The notes under the pieces are model-generated. The model saw nothing but the letters and a program-made list of their open reading frames with translations. It did no database searches and was not told the origin of the DNA. Of a stretch of 64,000 nt of DNA, positions 29,438-42,434 are shown piece by piece. The DNA comes from a virus (Duplodnaviria > Caudoviricetes). Location: the IMG/VR virus record IMGVR_UViG_3300044856_000241, positions 64,001 to 128,000 of that record; one strand, written 5' to 3'. Within the stretch, counting starts at the first letter, position 1. Each line of letters begins with the position of its first letter. A program made the translations under genes and the position numbers.

Positions 29438-31318
29438 TTATTCCTCACTTTCTTCCTCTGAAACAGATTTTTCAAACGGCTCAATATATTTCCATGCGAT
29501 AGGTTTTCCAAAATCCTGTTCAAGATACTCTTCGTCGATTGGATTAAACCAAACTTTTAATGTAAGATTTATGTAGGCAACAACTGGATTCTCATATTCT
29601 TCTGTAATAACTAAAACTTCATCAGAAAAAGTATGCCCATATGCATGATCTATTTCCGGCAAATCATCCGGATTTTCTCTCAAATCATGCCATCTATATT
29701 TATCAACTTCCTCCAATACTTCAATAGCTTCCTCAATGACATAATCCTCTTGCTCTGGAAATACATATCTCATACCATAAGCCCATGCAGGAGCACCGAC
29801 CATGCCGGCATAATCTTCCTTTGGATTTTGTAGACTTCTTAATAATTCAATCGTTTCCTTCAATTCCATTCTCTTCTTATTCATCTCCAACATCTGTTTC
29901 TTTTATATCCCAATCTAAATATTGTCCACACCAACTACAGTAATATGAACCATGCATTGTAAGATAAGCCCCGCATGTAGGACATGTCCCTTCCATGGTA
30001 TATGGATTACCATTTAAATCCTTAATTACTTTCTTATCTTCTACAGGCTTTGCAATCTGTTTGTCATACACTTCACAAAAATCTTCATCATCATTTCCAA
30101 TCAAACTTTCAAATTCGCTTAATCCACCAAGTGCAGCGTTAAACGCATCTCCACCTTCTTCTTCCTGTACATTATCTAATACATGTGCAGCGGCGATTCC
30201 ACAGTTAAAGTAAAAATCAGAATTATGCTTATATCCTGAAATTCTCTGCTCCATCTCTTCTAACGGTGTGACTTTATCTGTATTCCAACTATATGTAATC
30301 AATCGATCTGCTTCACGTACAAATCTTTCATAATAAATATCTGGGCATCCCATGTTTTTCACATCCTTTCATTTCACAATATCAAAAACAGTCTTACTGT
30401 CAATTTCTCCAACCATTTCAAATACTTTCTCGACTGGATATCCTGCTCTCAGGAAATTATTAATTTCTCGAAGATAATATAAATATTCTTCTATAATAAA
30501 ATTGTCCGAACACTTCTTTAATGCCACTAATATCGCTTCATCCATTGTCTTTTCGTCAGACAATTCAGCAATTTTCATCAACAGGTATCCTTCTTCCCAT
30601 CCAGTCTTCTGTTTAAACTGTTTGACCCGTTCTTCTGCTAACTTCCTGATTTTATTAGTAAGACCAGTTACTCCTTTGATACGTTCATCAATCCAATCAA
30701 AAGAATTATTCTCATTAGAATGTTTGTCACCATGTCTGATATATTTTTCACCTGTTGCGCTGTTACTTTTTCTATTCTCTGCTATACTATCACCTCACTT
30801 TCCAGATGAAAGATTACTTCTATCTTTTCCATAAATTTCAGACAATTCGTTCCATACTTTATCATCACCATTGAAGAAGTCTTCTATATCTTTTTGTATC
30901 TCCTGTAATTTTGTCAACGGACACCAATCTGGCTTCTGTAAATAATATCCAAATTCTGTTTTAATCATCCTATATAATGACGGATTGTATACATCACCCG
31001 CCAATTCGCAACAAGAATTCAATCCTTCCCCTAATTCTATACGAAATTTACAACTGGAACAATTTTTTGGATTCTTTGTAACTGATATTGTTTTACTCAT
31101 CGCAAATCCTCCAACTCTCTTTGAATTTCTCTCTTCGTTTCCTTCCGGAATTTCTTTTTGAAAATTCTCCGATTCTTTTTCTTCATTTTTGACCAACCGC
31201 CATGATTATTAGCCCACGTTGCTAATCTTCTGCTAAACCACGACTGACATTTATTGGAGAATTGTCTTCTGCTTATTTCGGATCTCTTACTCATAATTAT
31301 TCTCCTATCAAAATCCAT
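29438..31318 (-). CDS. run of hypothetical genes (29438-29893, 29877-30362 with Zn ribbon, 30369-30581, 30795-~31100, 31097-31318)
   Basis: ORF packing; CPTCG..CSWCG in 29877-30362. Confidence 0.55.
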
Positions 31319-31578
31319 AGCTTCCGTTTCTTGCTTACTTTCAGATTAGAAATAAAGTCCATTTTATCTAAACTGACCATCAGCTGTGGTTTATTTCTTC
31401 TAATCTCACTTATCGACGGATATATGCCAAGATCGACTAAAATTCTTGGTAAGAACCGTTCATCTGTGTAATATGTTTTCTCCGCCTCTACTTTATTCCA
31501 ATCATCTTCATCTGAAGCAAACATCTGCGGCGGCTCCGCTATAGGAGTGCCTATTACAATATTCTCTACGTATGCCAT
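31297..31578 (-). CDS. stand-alone S4-like domain protein (resembles TyrRS C-terminal domain)
   Basis: LPRILVDLGIYPSISEIRR...LKVSKKRK. Confidence 0.45.
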   Translation of the reverse strand: MAYVENIVIGTPIAEPPQMFASDEDDWNKVEAEKTYYTDERFLPRILVDLGIYPSISEIRRNKPQLMVSLDKMDFISNLKVSKKRKLWILIGE

Positions 31579-32016
31579 TTATTTTTCCTTATCAAATTTA
31601 TTGCCAATAACTTCAATATCTCCGAATCTATGCAAGTACCCTATATTATCACCCAATGCACTGTTTTTATTAACGACTTGGAACCCGTATCCTTCATCAT
31701 TTAATTCAACGCAACCAAAATATTCCTCAGTATTACGTGTAAACTTAACTAAATCATTCTCCCAGATCATATTGTCATATACGTCCATAAATTCAGTACA
31801 CTGGCAAAGTGTATCCGGATTAACCTCATACTGTAACATTCTGTTTGGTAGTCCCTAATCTGTCATTGTTTCGTGCAGGATGTAGTGATGTACTGGAACT
31901 GGTGGTACATCTCCAATCGGACAGTATGTTGTCTCAGCCATTTTGTAATAATATCCAGTTACCCATTGACCATTATCTATCTGCTTTGCTTTTACCATGT
32001 ATCTATTGTATTTCAT
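31579..32016 (-). pseudogene. YopX-family gene with in-frame TAG at 31855-31857
   Basis: MKYNRYMVKAKQIDNGQWVTGY...MTD*GLPNRMLQYEVNPDTLCQCT..IWENDLV..EVIGNKFD, all in one frame. Confidence 0.75.
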
Positions 32017-32215
32017 TTAATTTATCACTCCAAAACACTCATCTCATTATTCTTTAAAACGTACAATATTATTTACATCTGCTAATTGCTTGTAAGTTGG
32101 TTCCCGTGAGCCTACAAGACAATCATCTAAGAAGTCACATATTTTATAATCACCAGGACACTCTGTTAAATACCTATAACAGTTAATACATTTTTCTAAA
32201 ACAAGCCTATATTTA

Positions 32216-33285
32216 TCACTCAAACACAATCACCTCTCCCACGAACTGTTGCAATTCTGCATTAATATCTGCTCCATAAAATCCAATTAGATCATAATTG
32301 ATATATATATTTTCGATTACCAAATTTTCATCAAGCCAAACTTTTCCGATTTTCAGTTCTGATGAGTAGATATTAATATCTATTTTTTCATATGCAGAAA
32401 ATATGGACAAATAATGTTCATTTTTTCTGCCGCAAACCTGATCCAAAAGTCTCGTGATATCACAATGATAGAAGCCTGTATGCATACTATGATCTATTTG
32501 TTCTAATTTTATATTCTCCACCTCCTAACTCTTTAACTTTTGGTTCATAAGGTTTAGGTAGCTCCATCCACGCAGTTACCTTATCTGTAATCTCTGAATA
32601 GGAATAATCTTCAAAGTAATCACACACTTCATACCAACCTTGCGGAATCCAATATGAATCATCCTCTTCTGAATATTCCCAATCGTTAGGAATACCATCA
32701 TACATATTCCATCCCATATCCTCGATAGTGCAATGATGATGAGGAATATAAATTGCTTTAATAACTCTTCTATAAACATCCCCTAAATATCCTATGTGCT
32801 CTACCGTTACCAAAACTTCATCCGAACAATTTTTATTCTCACATCTTGGTACTGTATTTCTATTCCATTGAGCCATTTTCTTCACCTCTCAATTCTTTCA
32901 GTTTTGCTTCGGCTTCGGATTTTGTAAGGAATAATGTTTCGCCAAAATGGTGTAAAAAGCAAGAATCAAAATTTTCAAAAAATATCTGCATGGTATAAGA
33001 TGTTGCATATGCCTTATCAATTTCAAATTCTATCACTCTATGTTGTGATACTTTTTTACTTGCCTTATTAACTTTGTATACTATATCCCCTATCTTGCAA
33101 GGCAGAATAATAAGTCTGTTCTGCTCCTCTAAATCCTCATAATCGGTAAGTTTTTTAAGCACATCACTAATATATTTACATTTTCTTGGTGGAATATCAC
33201 AATTCCAACATATGCTACAAGTAGGACAATCTTCGTTTTTGTCTATACTAACTCCTAGTTCTGTTCTATATGTTAATCTCTCCAT
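32216..33285 (-). CDS. three hypothetical genes (32216-32521, 32487-32885 DUF551-like, 32860-33285)
   Basis: VTAWMELPKPY; LPCKIGDIVY..FLTKSEAEAKL phage motifs. Confidence 0.6.
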
Positions 33286-33328
33286 TACTGCTCCTTTCTA
33301 AAACGGACACTTTTCCTCCCAAACAAAA

Positions 33329-33814
33329 TTAACATTTCGTCTCCAAAATTTCTTTCGGACAATAGATAATTTTCTTACCTGCTTTCTGTGCTTTCCTTAT
33401 AGTTGACCATACACCACCAGATTTGTTTCCATCCCAAATTGCAATCAGTACATCGCAATGATCAACCATGTATTGATCCCTCACATTGTCACAACCTTTG
33501 TAAAATTCATCCGATAACTCGATCCATTCATCTGCATTTGTTTTAATCTCTTCATAATAATAATGCGATGAGTTATAATTTTTACATGGTAACACACAAT
33601 GTAATTTTGTATATTTTGTAAGCCATCCTAATATTGCAAAAAGGAAATCACTGCCAGATGCCATTCCACTATATACATGAAGTTCATCATTATCCGTTCT
33701 CAAATTAAACAAAGTGTCCTCTAACCATGTTCTGATTCTTGACCACTCTTTACTTGTTTCGTCTTCCGGAAGCCCTAATCTCTCAGGTCTATGTCCTGTT
33801 AATGCTACTCTCAT
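33329..33814 (-). CDS. SLOG superfamily (YspA/DUF1273-like) protein
   Basis: ALTGHRP, SGMASGSD, RDQYMVD, IWDG..GGVWSTIRKA. Confidence 0.85.
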   Translation of the reverse strand: MRVALTGHRPERLGLPEDETSKEWSRIRTWLEDTLFNLRTDNDELHVYSGMASGSDFLFAILGWLTKYTKLHCVLPCKNYNSSHYYYEEIKTNADEWIELSDEFYKGCDNVRDQYMVDHCDVLIAIWDGNKSGGVWSTIRKAQKAGKKIIYCPKEILETKC

Positions 33815-34886
33815 TTCACCACCGCCAAACATCCACATTTATCACACATACATAACTTACCGGCGATTGCTACAAATCCGTTACCTGTTTTCTTATAAAT
33901 GTCACGCTCGAATTCATTGTAGTTATCTCCTGTTCTATATACAACCGGTTGCATAATCTCGTGACACACAGGACATAATCTTGTACTTTCTGCCATAATT
34001 ACACCTACTTTCTATCTTCTACAGGAACAATAATTCTAATGTTTGACAGGATCTGCCGGATGTTCCACAGCTCACCATTAAACTCCTCATCCGTTTCAAT
34101 AAAATGTTCTGCCAAATCCTTAATTGACACTGTTTTATCTGTATCCAACATGTGTTCCACATGATCAAGATCCCAATCTGAACGTTCGTACAGTCCAGTA
34201 GACGCCAAATATTCTCTCATTTCTTCTTTTGTCATAAATTGTTGCTCCTTTGAAACTGCCGTTTCTACAGCTCATCAAATTCATTTTCTAACTTCTCAGT
34301 ATATTCATCAATCCACTTTTGTAACGCTGCCATCGTACTATTAGACATTCCGGCAGGAATTGAGATATTACTAAGAAGTTTGACGTCATAGTCGATTCTT
34401 CTTGCTTTTTCAAACGCTTCATATGTCATTTCAATTCGTCTCCTTTCAAAATAAGGGTTGGTCAGCGTGAAATTACCAACCAACCCTGTTATATTATTCT
34501 CCGAGTCCTGCAATCATTTTATCTAGGTCTTCATCTGACATATTTTCTAACGCAGCGTCCTGGCGTTTTGCTTTAATCTCCAGAAGTCTCTGTTTCATTT
34601 CTTTATTCTTCTTTGCTTCTTCTCTTGCCTGCGCTTCAGCTAGTTTCACACCTACAATGTATTTCACAATCTCGATTTTCTCTGAAATTTCCTCGTCCTC
34701 TTTTGTTCTGGTATGGAGAAGGCTCTCTTCCTCTGACTTTTTCACTTCCTTATTTAATGTCTTAAATACGGAGTCAAGTCCTGTTACCGGAAGAGTCCAC
34801 AAATCAATCACATTGATCATACCTTTGTACGGGAACTGATAATTGTTACGTGTCGCTTTTTCAAATAAATCACTCATGATTTTCAT
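33811..34886 (-). CDS. four small hypothetical genes
   Basis: ORFs 33811-33996, 34005-34235, 34265-~34429, 34494-34886. Confidence 0.55.
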
Positions 34887-34899
34887 TCTCCTCTTTTTT

Positions 34900-36966
34900 T
34901 TAAAATTTAATCTTCATAATACGTTCTGTTGCACCTTTTACTTTGACAATCAATTCTGCTCTTTTTGTCATTGAGAAACCAAGACCAGAAAGCTGATCCT
35001 CGGTATCTTCTACATGGCATTTCGCACCAAGTGCTTCAAAGAATCTCTTATGCTGTGCTAATTTATTATCTAAATATTCATTGTAAAATCCGTTTGGATT
35101 CTCTGGATTGATACAGTCCTTCAAGAAGAAGAATAAATGTCTATGACCAATTCCATCCTGTTCGTCAAAATAATTTGGGCTATAACTAATTACTGATACA
35201 GGAACAAACTGGTTTGTATTTACACCCCAAATCTCACGACTTGAAATAGATGAACTTCCAGATAGCTTTTCCTTAATTGAGAAGTTGCCATTCTCGTCAA
35301 GTATAACTTCTGCCACCTGAACATTACCAGAAACAGGACTATTATATTCAAACGCAAAAATCTCACCATTGAATTCAATTTCTGCCTTAAATCCTTTACT
35401 TCCTCTCGCTGCATACTGATTAACAAAAAACTTATAAGCACCTGGCTTCATACGTGACATATCTGCCCATGTAATATTTTCCACAGAAGGTTTTCCTACC
35501 ATCTGCTCCATAGGATGTGTAATATCAATATCTAACTGACCGCCACATCTTGACATACTAGGTTTTCTACAATTACCGAAATAAATCTCGTTTCCATCAG
35601 GTTCTTTGCAATGTGCATCAAGGTCACTGTTGTCATTTTGTCCCTCATTCCACATAATTGAAAATCTGAGTACACCATCGACATTACCGCCGGCAGCTTT
35701 TACATTCTGCTTCATATCAGAATCAGTAATGTTTCCTGAATAAGCCCAAGATAATCCATTGTTCCATTTGAACATTGTCTTAGCATCTGGATTAACAGGT
35801 GCAATCATAGAAACAAAGTTCTTCTCATGTTTATTCTCTACAAAAGCTTCAATCTCCTTTGCAGTAGGAAGTACGTTATTAATGAAATCCTGTGCGGAAA
35901 TCTCTTCAACTCGTGAGAATTTTTTCGGACTTACAACAGCGTCCTTCTCCATCTGACCAAAGATATCATCAGCGTCCAACATTTTCCTGGCTGCATTTTT
36001 ATTAGAAAACAGCACATTATTTACGGTAATATCATTAAGATTTGCGAATCTTCTCTGTAATGAATCCATATAACCAAGTTCTGTAATTGTCTTTTTAGCA
36101 TCCTCAAGCATCTTCTTCGTAAAGATTGCCTTTGGTCTTCGATAGTTGATCGGAGCTACAATCTGCTCATATTTTTTAACTGCCAGATCAAGATCCATAT
36201 CTTTACTTACATTTACAAGCAATGTGCCGATGGAATGATTTCTAATTCTACCGATTGCCATGCCAGCTTTTACGGATTTCTCCCATGCATATAATTCTTC
36301 TTCTTCATCAGATTCCAAAAGCTCGTACTCTTTTTTGTATTTTCTAAACTCGGTCAGAACACTTTTCCATTCTTCACCTTTGTAGAGAGTATTAGAATTG
36401 ATTAACTCAAGAATTGTATCAAGAGCGTCCATAGTAATTTCATCCAGAGAACGTTTGAATACATTTCTTGTATCTCTGAACTGTCCTTTAACTTCCTCGT
36501 TAGAACGACTACTTCTATTTACGAACTTGCTTGGAAGCTCTAAGAAGAAATGATCCCACTGATGAGATTTTCCATCAATCTCTTCAAAATTGAAATCTGT
36601 TCCGATTTTATCAAATTTGCTGATATAAATATCTGTAACCGAATGAGATTTAACAAAAGCATCTAATGCATCACATACTGGCTGATAAGTAGTATCTCCA
36701 AGATTCAACTCCCAGATTGTATGCATCTGATTGTCTTTAATCATTACCGCATTACCAATTGATTTGATAAAATGACGACAGCATGAGCAATCATGCTCTG
36801 TCCGCTTTCGATATAACTTATTTGTTCCTGCTGGGAAACTGTTTAAATATGTCTCCCAAAGTTCACCTTTGTCCAGATTGACTTCAAACAAATAATCTGC
36901 TTTTTTCTGCATCTCATCAAAGTGTTTTTGAAGTTCCATTTTGAAGTTCATAAATCCATCTAACAT
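34900..36966 (-). CDS. large phage protein with YfaP/DUF2135-like domain
   Basis: LRFSIMWN..DLDAHC.EP..GGQLDID..VENITW..GAYKFFVNQY; N-terminal DCSCCRHF. Confidence 0.7.
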   Translation of the reverse strand: MLDGFMNFKMELQKHFDEMQKKADYLFEVNLDKGELWETYLNSFPAGTNKLYRKRTEHDCSCCRHFIKSIGNAVMIKDNQMHTIWELNLGDTTYQPVCDALDAFVKSHSVTDIYISKFDKIGTDFNFEEIDGKSHQWDHFFLELPSKFVNRSSRSNEEVKGQFRDTRNVFKRSLDEITMDALDTILELINSNTLYKGEEWKSVLTEFRKYKKEYELLESDEEEELYAWEKSVKAGMAIGRIRNHSIGTLLVNVSKDMDLDLAVKKYEQIVAPINYRRPKAIFTKKMLEDAKKTITELGYMDSLQRRFANLNDITVNNVLFSNKNAARKMLDADDIFGQMEKDAVVSPKKFSRVEEISAQDFINNVLPTAKEIEAFVENKHEKNFVSMIAPVNPDAKTMFKWNNGLSWAYSGNITDSDMKQNVKAAGGNVDGVLRFSIMWNEGQNDNSDLDAHCKEPDGNEIYFGNCRKPSMSRCGGQLDIDITHPMEQMVGKPSVENITWADMSRMKPGAYKFFVNQYAARGSKGFKAEIEFNGEIFAFEYNSPVSGNVQVAEVILDENGNFSIKEKLSGSSSISSREIWGVNTNQFVPVSVISYSPNYFDEQDGIGHRHLFFFLKDCINPENPNGFYNEYLDNKLAQHKRFFEALGAKCHVEDTEDQLSGLGFSMTKRAELIVKVKGATERIMKIKF

Positions 36967-36993
36967 TGTTGTACTCTCCTTTTTCTTTATATA

Positions 36994-39900
36994 TTAATAT
37001 TCTCTACAATCATATTGAATCCAAAAAGATAATTGCCAAAACAACCACTCAAACGTAAGCATTGCTCCGGTTCCATCTTTTAGATCATCACTGTCATATG
37101 AAAAATTGATTACCGGAAGGAAATTGAAATCTATACTGAAATAATCTTTGTTTTTATGTAGCAATCTATGTGCGTGTACACATAATCTTTTCTTTTTCTT
37201 CATAATATTATTCTCTTCTGTTGATACCAAACAATTCACACATCTCTCCGCTTAACCGAGTAATTTTGAAAAATCTATGAGCAATCTCATCAAACATATT
37301 GCTTTCACAAATTGCTTTTGCTACTTTTAGTGGATTGCTTGACTCAATTACTTTTTCATACTCACGAATCATATCGTTATATGGCTCATAATCATACTCT
37401 CTTTTTGCAAGAACTCTTATGCGACTACGATAACATTTTTCAAGCTCTGTATTCGTAAGTTTGGAGAATAGATTTTTCGGTACTTCTTCGTCTTTATAAT
37501 CCCAATCTAATATTTTCATATCACACCTCATAATTATCTACAAAACTCCACAATGATGTCTTGCACTGATTACACCTGTAACACTCTTCTCTTGTTACTT
37601 CATATCCGCCTGGACAATGAATTGTGCCAGTTTTACGTGCGTTTTCAACCATCTTGCTAATTGCTTCTTTTACATTTGTGTTCATATTTTCCTCTTGAAA
37701 TTTCGATTTCAGCGTTACTCTTCATAAACCAACTGATCATAGTTAGCTTTGATCCATACTTCATTATCAATTTTATCTTCATCTATACACAATGCTTCAT
37801 ATGAACCATTCAAAAATACGTCTGTATTTTCAATAAGTACACGCGCTTTCGGATCACATTTATTAAGTTGCGCCATCAGATCTTCTACTAACATAAATCA
37901 TCTTCCAATCCGTACTCTTCCAGTGCTTTCCGCAAAATTTTCTCTTTGATAATTGGTTTAACTTCAGCTTTGATTTCATCGACTACTTCTTCATGAACCG
38001 CATCTGCAACATCATCTGGAGCAATTAAATACATTCTGCTTTCTCCAAAATCCTCTTTAATTTGGTGAACTATCACATTTACAATTTTCTTTTTAAGATC
38101 TTCCATATTTTTAGATCCTAAAAACTGCTCCAGCATAGATTCTTTTACTACATTATCCAATTTCTTACTGATTGATTTACTCATTATTTTCTCCTTTACG
38201 GTAATCTAAATTCGTACTCAAAATACGATCTTGGCATTGCAATTAAGTATTGCCATTTATTTTCATTGCTAAATCGGTGTATATAAGACACTAATTCTGC
38301 TTTGTCTGCTCCATGTGTAATCGTTATATCTTTGTCCATATCTGTCTCCACTTCCTTAATCTGAATCCCACCATTCTCCACGGCACAATAATGATATATT
38401 GCTCTGCTATGATTATTCGAAGATATCATGAAGTAATTGCCAGAGTTATCTATTGGACATATCACTTCTGTATTATCAATGATTTTATCTTGCGGAAACA
38501 ACCATCCAACGGCGCATCCAAATGTAATCCATACCAAAATACCGATAAAAGAAAATGCATATGCTCTCCATATATAGCTCCATACTTTTTTGTATCCACA
38601 CCATCTTGTGTAAATTATGCCAAACACTACAAATCCAATTACATATAACATATCTATTCTCCATATATCCCTATAATTTCCTGTACGACGTATCCACTCC
38701 ACGCAAATACAACTGCTGATGGTATTGCAAGGACAACTTTAATTACTAATAGGAATATCATCATTCCTGTGATGCCGGTTGACATGTATGCTGCATACAA
38801 ATGAAAGAATGGTTTCAACAGCAGCTGCCAGCCGCTTATGTAAATAAGACTCCAAATAGCGATTAGCAGGATTACGATCCGAACGATTGTGATTACTTTA
38901 TGTCTCATTCTTCACCCGCTTTCCAATGTGCAACCATTTCATCCAATTGTTCTGGTGTAAATACAATATGTGTGCCATACTCATTGCTGAACGCATATTT
39001 ATGTAACATTTTTACAAACTCATCAATTGTTTCTTCTTTGATCTTATCGTTGTTCAGTTCAATCTCTGAAATTTTTTCATCGACCATTTTTTGCAAATCA
39101 TTTTTATCAAATGTGATATTTGCGAAACATTTTGTTGGTTCTCCATCACGAATCACCATTCCGCGCTCATCCAGATCCTCATAATCAGCAAGCTTGTCAA
39201 GACATTTTTGTGTTTGCTCAGTTGTCATACATCCAGCGTCACGTCCAAACAAATCATCTGTCTTGTATACAACAAATCTTTTTTCTTTTGTTTCTAATGT
39301 ACTGATTGCACTTGTTATTGTATGATGTCTTTCCGTTAATCGTTCCATATTTTCTCCTCTCATCGTTCTCCATTTATAATAGGAAGTAACACGTTTTCAA
39401 TGTAATTTTTTGAAATCACAGGTCTATCTGTTCCGCGACAAGTAATTTCAACTTCACATCCCCAGAATAGAATTCCATAGTAATTAAGTGGGTCATTGCA
39501 TAAAATAACATTGATTTCTCCATAGAAGTTATCGTCTTCATATTTTTCTCTGTCTTCTGGAGCAAGCCAACACCAAATTCCCTCTACATCTCTACCGTCG
39601 GGTGCAGTTAGATTGAATTTAGCAGTTCCATTTTTGAACTCTTCTTCAGTTAATGACTCTACAAAATCTCCTTTGTAGACAATACCACGTTCTTTACATA
39701 ATTTTTTGATTTCTTTCTGTTCCATAATTTCTCCTCTCTTGAAATTCTCATTTTCTGTTAAATGCTATTAACAATCTTTAACAAATTTCGGGGAACTTTC
39801 TTGTGCTGTATTCCCATATGTTATATTGGATAATGCATCAACCATAAGTTTCATTCTCATTAGAATTTGTCTAGCTTCTTCTTTTTCACGTTCTCGCTTC

Positions 39901-40457
39901 TTGCGTTCATATTCTTTTACTTTTTGTTGTTCATCATCTGTCAACGAATTCCACCACTGATTATATAAAAATTCGTCGTACCACAAGATAGCGTTCCAGC
40001 CATTAAAGCAATACCAATGTCTGCGTTTTATTTCTGCGTTCCATGCCATGTTTATTCTCCTTTTGTCGGTCAACCCTACAGATTCCCATTTCTTATTCCC
40101 ACAGATTCGGCAATTTCAGTCCGATTGATTCTGATCCGTTAAGTATTCTTCATATGAACTGTACTGCTTATACGGTGCTTTTTTATTTTCTATGTACCAC
40201 CGGATAACTTTCTCCTGCGTTGCTTCTGTAACAGCAGTGGTTCGGTGAATGATTACCGGTGTTAGAATAATGATTAGCAGGATCAGTATGATTGCCAGAA
40301 TTGTTGTTATAATTTGTTTTTGTTTTAATTTTCTTGTATTGTTTGATTTACAAACTTCCATATAAGTATCTGTGAAGTATTCAATATCTTCATCTGAAGC
40401 ATTTTGAATCTTTTCTTTACACTTTGTAAGAAAATGCAAACTATTTTTTTGATTCAT
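36994..40457 (-). CDS. run of about 11 small hypothetical genes, several membrane proteins (38196-~38650, 38654-38908, 40116-40457)
   Basis: ORF packing and hydrophobic segments. Confidence 0.55.
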
Positions 40458-40532
40458 ATATTTTTAATTCTCCGTAAACCAGCAATAATATAAAAATTTA
40501 AATCTTATAATTTGCGTCGTGTTTTCTTTTAC

Positions 40533-40793
40533 AACCATGTAAAAATACAATATTATAAAAACCTCAAATTTTACATGATCTTCGATGAGTCCATATCAGC
40601 TCACCATTCGGATCAAAAGTAACCCGTAGTCTATTGACTAATTTTTCCATTTCTTGTATACTGATGAAAGACATGTTCTATCATGTCCAGACATGAGTGA
40701 ATGAACCACATAAATCCATCATTCACACTTTTTATCACACAGCACAGGTTAATCTTTTATAAGACGTTCGATACACCGCTGTACTGTGTGATA
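40533..40793 (-). ncRNA. candidate multi-hairpin structured RNA
   Basis: About seven hairpins; non-WC pairs are G-U on the minus strand. Confidence 0.5.
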
Positions 40794-40808
40794 TTTTTAT
40801 TATGTAAA

Positions 40809-42434
40809 TTATCCAATCGCTGATACAGCACGATCAAAATCTCTTTTAAAATACAGATAGTTGACTCTCTGATTGTTGCTATAGTTATTGTCTTCATTCT
40901 CATGTTTATGAATCCATTCACTAAACTCATCATCCATTTCAGTTTCACAAGCTTCTGCCATAAGAGCAATTAATGCCTTGTAACATTTCTGATATAACGG
41001 AGATGTGATATGAATTGAATCCTCTACCATATCTTTATAGAGAGCAATATCTTCTGCATCTACATTAAGATCTGTGTTTTGATTAACAAACTCAACCAAT
41101 TCGTCCTCTGGAATACTTTCTTGAGGATCATCAATGATTGCAACATCTTCTGTTTTATTTGCATTTGATTCATCCTCTACTACAGTATTCTCTTCCGGAA
41201 CTACAACATCTTCGGTTTCATTTGTTTTCTGAGATTCAGGAATTTCAGTCATATCATCAGTAACTTCTACATTATCTGTATTCTCTTCGTCCTGATGTGT
41301 AATTTCAATTCCGTTGTCTGTCATGAATTTGTTAATAAGTGTATGTAAAATATGAAGTTTTGCATTAATTACTCCGCGATCTTTTGTATTTTTGCTTTCA
41401 TCAAACTCAGACCATGTAGTATCAAAAGTTTCATTATTATATGTAACTTCTACATCAATGCCGGAGTAATCATCGAAATTTTTAAGAAACTCGCCAAAAG
41501 TCTCTTTAGTAATATTATTCTCCAAGGAATCTTTAAAAAACTTCATCCAGATGAATGCATTTTTCGGAGCGAATAACTCTTCAGCAACTTCCATAGTAGT
41601 GATATCCATTAACTGATCTAAAAGATTTTTCATCTCTTCAAACATTTCATCAGTTGCTTTTCCGTCAAGATACTGCCCCATCTTCTTTGCATTTTTTGTC
41701 CAATCATCCCAAAAATTTAATGCCATGATATTTTCTGCAATAATCTGGTTGATTCTTCCATTTTTATGGAAAGTTGGACTATAGTTTGCTTTGTCAGACC
41801 AAAAATCATGTTCAGCTAAATTCTTAATATGATTACCAATCTGAGCCATTCTGGTAAGAAGAATCTGTGCAGGTCTCATTTTTGTTCCACGATTATACCG
41901 GCGGAGATGACGGGCAATCTGCTCTCTATCACATTTGAAATGTTTAGTAATAGGTACCGCACAATTATCAAATCTTTCCTGGAGAACTTTTGGAAGATCT
42001 TCATATCCTTTATTTTTTAATGAAAATGTAACTTTTTTATATACCGGATTACCATATTCATCTTTTACGAAAGCACCGTTTTCATCTTTTTTCGCTTCCT
42101 GATAAATAACTTCTTCCGGTTCAATATTATTTCCGATTTTAAAACCGCCTGCTTTGAATTTTCTAAGATAAGTAAAACGCTGAAGCCCATCAATAATCCA
42201 AAGCATGATACCGTAAGAAGTATATTCTTCACAGATAATTAATGGATTAAATTTTTCATTAAGTAATACGGTTACAATAAAATTATCTCTATCCTCATTA
42301 CTCCACTGCTCTGCTTCTCTCTGTAAAAAGAAATCATCTCTGATATCACCTCTTTCCGCCATTGCGCAAAGTGAGCTACATAAGATAGGTTCTGTAGTAG
42401 TATTCTCTGTAGTAATTTCCATTGTTTTAATCAT
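40809..42434 (-). CDS. DUF262/ParB-Srx-like domain protein with acidic linker
   Basis: LQRE..QWS..RDNFIVTVL..IIDGLQR..RRYNRGTKM. Confidence 0.8.
   Translation of the reverse strand: MIKTMEITTENTTTEPILCSSLCAMAERGDIRDDFFLQREAEQWSNEDRDNFIVTVLLNEKFNPLIICEEYTSYGIMLWIIDGLQRFTYLRKFKAGGFKIGNNIEPEEVIYQEAKKDENGAFVKDEYGNPVYKKVTFSLKNKGYEDLPKVLQERFDNCAVPITKHFKCDREQIARHLRRYNRGTKMRPAQILLTRMAQIGNHIKNLAEHDFWSDKANYSPTFHKNGRINQIIAENIMALNFWDDWTKNAKKMGQYLDGKATDEMFEEMKNLLDQLMDITTMEVAEELFAPKNAFIWMKFFKDSLENNITKETFGEFLKNFDDYSGIDVEVTYNNETFDTTWSEFDESKNTKDRGVINAKLHILHTLINKFMTDNGIEITHQDEENTDNVEVTDDMTEIPESQKTNETEDVVVPEENTVVEDESNANKTEDVAIIDDPQESIPEDELVEFVNQNTDLNVDAEDIALYKDMVEDSIHITSPLYQKCYKALIALMAEACETEMDDEFSEWIHKHENEDNNYSNNQRVNYLYFKRDFDRAVSAIG

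Noticed and set aside
30369-32016. Genome-wide TAG recoding
   Set aside because: Long genes are intact in code 11, many end in TAG at sensible junctions, and no suppressor tRNA is seen
40809-42434. GmrSD type IV restriction enzyme
   Set aside because: Only the DUF262-like N-terminus is present; no HNH/DUF1524 domain is recognisable
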